Positions 59,926-64,000 of a DNA stretch of 64,000 nucleotides are shown here, in pieces; the stretch's first letter is position 1; the number at the start of each line of letters is the position of its first letter. Location of the stretch: the NCBI GenBank assembly GCA_009914755.4, contig CP068257.2, forward strand, positions 2,528,001 to 2,592,000, in the 5' to 3' direction. The notes under the pieces are model-generated. The model made no database searches. It was not told the origin of the DNA and was given only the letters and a program-made list of their open reading frames with translations. This DNA is from the human T2T-CHM13v2.0 reference genome, Homo sapiens. The translations under genes were made by a program, and so were the position numbers.

Positions 59926-60429
59926 AATTAAAGAATGTTGGGCTTGTATTAACGTTGTGGATGCTGAGAGGATGAATAACTATTTCTTGAAACTGTCAGG
60001 AATAGAGCAGCCCCAAGTTTACCAAGGAATTTTCAGGAATTGAAGCAAAGTGGCAGGGCCTTGCACTACTGTGTTGGGGAAAGGTCCATTCCCTTTGTAT
60101 AAGGCTCTTTGTGTCTGTGTATCTTCAGTGTGTAAAATGAATTTTCTCTGAGAATGATGTCATCAGTATAATGTCACACCTGTACTCCTGTAGAAAGGTG
60201 GCTGCAGTGAGATATTGTCTGTGAAGATTGCATGCAATGACGAGGCTGCCAAGGCACTCCGTGTGTTACCTGGTCCCTTCAGAGATGAAGGCAGGCTATG
60301 ACTGCGACTCTGTTAAAATAGGCCCAAAAAGATCATGTTAGCTAAATATATAACAACAAAATATTTCCAGTTGCATGAATATATATAGGTTTATTATAAG
60401 GAATTGGCTCATGTAGTTATGGAGGCTCA

Positions 60430-60838
60430 CAAGTCCCATGACCTGCAGTCAGCAAGCTGGAGACCCAGGACTGCCAATGGTGGAGTTCCAGTCCAAGCCT
60501 AAAGTCCTGAGAACCAGGAAAGCTGATGGCATAAGTTACAGTCCACGTCTGACTTCAAAGGCGAGAGAAGATCTATGTCTCAGCTCTGAAAGCATCAAAG
60601 AGAGTGAATTCTCTCTTCCTCTACCCTTGTGTTTTATTTGGGATTTAATGGATTGGATGAGGCCCGCTCACACTGGGAAGGGCAACTACTTTACTAATTC
60701 TACATATTCAAATGTTCATCTCATCAAGGAACACCCTCACAGACACATCCAGAGTGTTTAACCAAATATCTAGGCAACCCAACTTGGCAAATAAAATTAA
60801 CCATCATAAGGTGAAAGATGTATACGATCTGAAGAGAA
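60430..60838 (+). mobile_element. MaLR LTR fragment (MLT1-type)
   Basis: '…ggattggatgaggcccgctcacactgggaagggcaactactttactaattctacatattcaaatgttcatctcatcaaggaacaccctcacagacacatccagagtgtttaaccaaatatctaggcaacccaacttggcaaataaaattaaccatca' matches the characteristic MLT1 3' region as I remember it. Confidence 0.5.
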
Positions 60839-63300
60839 ACCAGGGATGCAGGACGGTTAAACATCTGCAAGTCAATAAATGTGATAGGCCATATAAACAG
60901 AATTAAAAACAAAAATCATGTGATCATCTCAATACATGCAGAAAAAGGATTTGACAAAATCCAGCATCCCTTTATGATTAAAACCCTCAGCAAAATCAAC
61001 ATCGAAGGGACAAACCTTAAGGTAATAAAAGCTATATATGACAAACACAGCCAACATTACACTGAATGGGGAAAAGTTGAAAGCATTCCCCCTGAGAATT
61101 GGAACAAGACAATGATGCCCACTTTCACCACTTCTATTCAACACAGTACTAGAAGTCCTCGCCAGAGTAATCAGATAAGAGAAATAAAGGGCATCCAAAT
61201 CGGTAAAGAGGAAGTCGAACTGTCACTCTTTGCTGATGACATGATCGTAAACCTAGAAAGCCCTAAAGACTCATCCCAAAAGCTACCAGAACTGGTAAAT
61301 GAATTCAGCAAAGTTTCAGGATACAAAATTAAGGTACACAAGTCAGTGGCTCTGCTATACTGTAACAGTGAACAAGCTGAGAATCAAATAAAAAACTCAC
61401 CACCTTTTACAATAGCTGCAATAAAAACCTGAGGAATATTATGATTCCTATAATTATAATAGTATATTCCTATAATTGTCAATTGCATGCAATCTTTGCA
61501 GACAAAATCTTAATTATATCCGGAATACTTAACCAAAGAGACAAAAGACCTCTACAAGGAAAACTACAAAACACTGCTGAGAGAAATCATAGATACAAAC
61601 AAATGGAAACATATCCCATGCTCACGGATGGGTAAAATCAATATTGTGAAAATACCATACTGCCAAAAGCTATCTACAAACTCAATGCAATCCCCATTAA
61701 AGTACTAACATCAGTCTTCACAGAACTACAAAAATTCACATGGAACTAAAAAAGACATAGAAGGGACATACCTTAAGGTAATAAAAGCCTAGAACCAAAA
61801 AAGAATCTGTATAGCCAAAACAAGACTAAGCAAAAAGAACAAATCTAGAAGCCGACTTCAAACTATATTAGAAGGCCATAGTCCCCAAAACAGCATGGTA
61901 CTGGTATAAAAATAGCCATATAGACCAATGGGACATAATAGAGAACCCAGAAATAAAGCCAAATACTTACAGTCATCTAATCTTCAACAAAGCAAACAAA
62001 AACATAAAGCAGAGAAAGAATACCCTATTCAACAAATGGTGCTGGGATAAATGGCAAGCCGCACATAGAATAATGAAAGTGGATGTTCATTTCTCACCCT
62101 TTTAAAAATCAACTCAAGATGGATCAAGGACTTAAATCTAATACCTGAAACTATAAAAATTCTAGAAGACGCCATTGGAAAAACCCTTCTAGACATTGGC
62201 TTAGGCAAAGACTTCATGACCAATAACCCAAAAAGCAAATGCAACTAAAACAAAGATAAATAGATGAGACTTAATTAAACTAAAAGGTTTCTGCACAGCA
62301 AAAGAAATAATCAGCAGAGTAAACAGACAACCTAAAGAGTGGGAGAAAATCTTTGCAAACTGTACTTCTGATTAAAGGACTAATAGCCAGAATCTGCAAG
62401 GAACTCAAATAAACCATCAAGAAAAAAAAATCCCATCAAAAAGTGGGCTAAGGACATGAACAGACAATTCTCAAAAGAAGATATACAACTGGCCAACAAA
62501 CACATGAAAAAATGCTCAACATAACTAATTATCAGGGAAATGCAAATCAAAACCACAATACAATATGATAACCCCTTCACTCCTGCAAGAATGGTCATAA
62601 TCAAAAAATCAAAAACTAATAGATGTTGGCATGGTTGTGGTAAAAAGGGAACACTTTTACACTTTTTGGAGGGAATGCAAGCTAGTACAACAGCTATGGA
62701 AAAGAGTGAGGAGATTTCCAAAGAACTAAAAGCAGATCTATCATTTGATCCAGTAATTCCACTCCTGGGTATCTACTCAGAGGAAAATAAGTCATTATAT
62801 GAAAAAGATACTTGCACACGCATGTTTATAGCAGCACAATATGCAATTGCAAGAATTTGAAACCAGCCTAAATGCCCATCAATCAGTAAGTGGATAAAGA
62901 AAGTGTGTTATAAATATTTACCATGGAATACTACTCAGCCATAAGATGGAATGAAGTAATGCATTCACAGCAACCTGGATGAAACTGGACACCATTATTC
63001 TAAGTGAAGTAACTTTGGAATGGAAAACCAAACCTTGTATGTTCTCATTCATAAATGGGAGCTAAGCTATAAGGATGCAAAGGCATAAGAATGATACAAT
63101 GGTCTTCGGGGACTCAGGGAAAGGCTGGGAGTGGTGAGGTGGGTGCGGTGAGGGATAAAACACTACATATTGGGTATAGTGTACTCTGCTCGGGTGATGG
63201 GTGCACCACAAATCTCAGAAATCGCCACTAAAGAACTTATTCATGTAACCAAACACCACCTGTTCCCCCAAAACCTATTGAAATAAAAAAAAACATCATA
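60838..63300 (+). mobile_element. Old L1 (L1PB/L1MA-like), RT through 3' end, with small internal indels and duplications
   Basis: ORF 60881..61432 (…HINRIKNKNHVIISIHAEKGFDKIQHPFMIKTLSKINIEGTNLKVIKAIYDKH…[15 protein letters not shown]…). Later fragments show …NRCWHGCGKKGTLLHFLEG… and a typical 3' end …tgggtgcaccacaaatctcagaaatcgccactaaagaacttattcatgtaaccaaacaccacctgttcccccaaaa…. Confidence 0.7.
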
Positions 63301-63589
63301 TTCCTCAAAAACCTATTGAAATAAAAAATAAATTAACCACAATAATATTTGGCATTGGGTACGAGGGCCCTAATGGATGGGAGCACTGCAGTCACATTAC
63401 AGCAATCCACTGTGAAACACCATTTATTCTTTGCAGGTTTAAGAACAGGCCAAATTCTACTGCTAAATGTTGAAGCAATGAGGATAATCACCCCTTCACT
63501 AATTAATTAGGTCTTATATAATAAGTTTTATTTATTTGAAATCATGTGTAATTTCTGTTGGACCATATTTGCTAATTTATCAAGATGGG

Positions 63590-63895
<306 letters not shown>

Positions 63896-64000
63896 TAAAT
63901 CAAATTTAAAAAAAAACAGGAGAGGGAGTTCTGTAAGGTTACATTTGTGAAGTCAATGTGTAAGTGCAAATGGTTTAATTTCAATTTGTTACTCATTAGG

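Noticed and set aside
61005-61795. A short (about 28-bp) near-duplicate 'gggaca.accttaaggtaataaaagc' at 61010 and 61765 within the old L1, and a duplicated 'aaaacctattgaaataaaaaa' at the L1 3' end (63271/63307).
   Set aside because: These look like local slippage or micro-duplication events in a decayed L1. They are too short to interpret.

Overview
The window is repeat-dense primate (human-like) nuclear DNA of the kind found near acrocentric centromeres. It is not prokaryotic: I see no operon structure and no intact protein-coding gene. Nearly all six-frame ORFs are transposon-derived or are artefacts of tandem repeats.

Main content, in order:
- 1-6136: about 6.1 kb array of a 48-bp satellite (CER/D22Z3-like) running off the 5' edge. 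It abuts a 3'-truncated L1PA on the minus strand (6137-10378) through a small inverted-monomer junction.
- 19595-24928: a 5'-inverted (twin-priming) L1PA and an internally rearranged processed pseudogene that I recognise as AGGF1. The L1PA was inserted into the retrocopy's own 5' target-site duplication, so the same TTAAAA site was used twice.
- 28130-31145: two arrays of an unclassified ~75-bp tandem repeat in opposite orientation, forming a large imperfect palindrome.
- 31179-43682: remnant of an old gamma-like ERV on the minus strand. It has diverged LTR-like ends and an env TM motif (ISD, then a cysteine followed six residues later by CC). It carries three nested insertions: an Alu with perfect TSDs, a HERV-K LTR5 solo LTR, and a full-length but dead L1PA with a 10-bp TSD. 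A 138-bp CpG-rich tandem array follows it.
- 47990-63895: Tigger1, MaLR LTRs, old L1M/L1PB fragments, a cluster of four Alus, a 1.26-kb CA-rich ~52-bp minisatellite, and a ~300-bp inverted-repeat pair whose right arm is the seed of a 75-bp tandem array.
- Two GC-rich CpG-island-like blocks (16.4-17.5 kb and 45.3-47.1 kb) might be ends of unannotated transcripts.

Nothing here looks like a novel functional system. The interesting material is structural: nested insertions, reuse of one target site, satellite/L1 breakpoints and palindromes.
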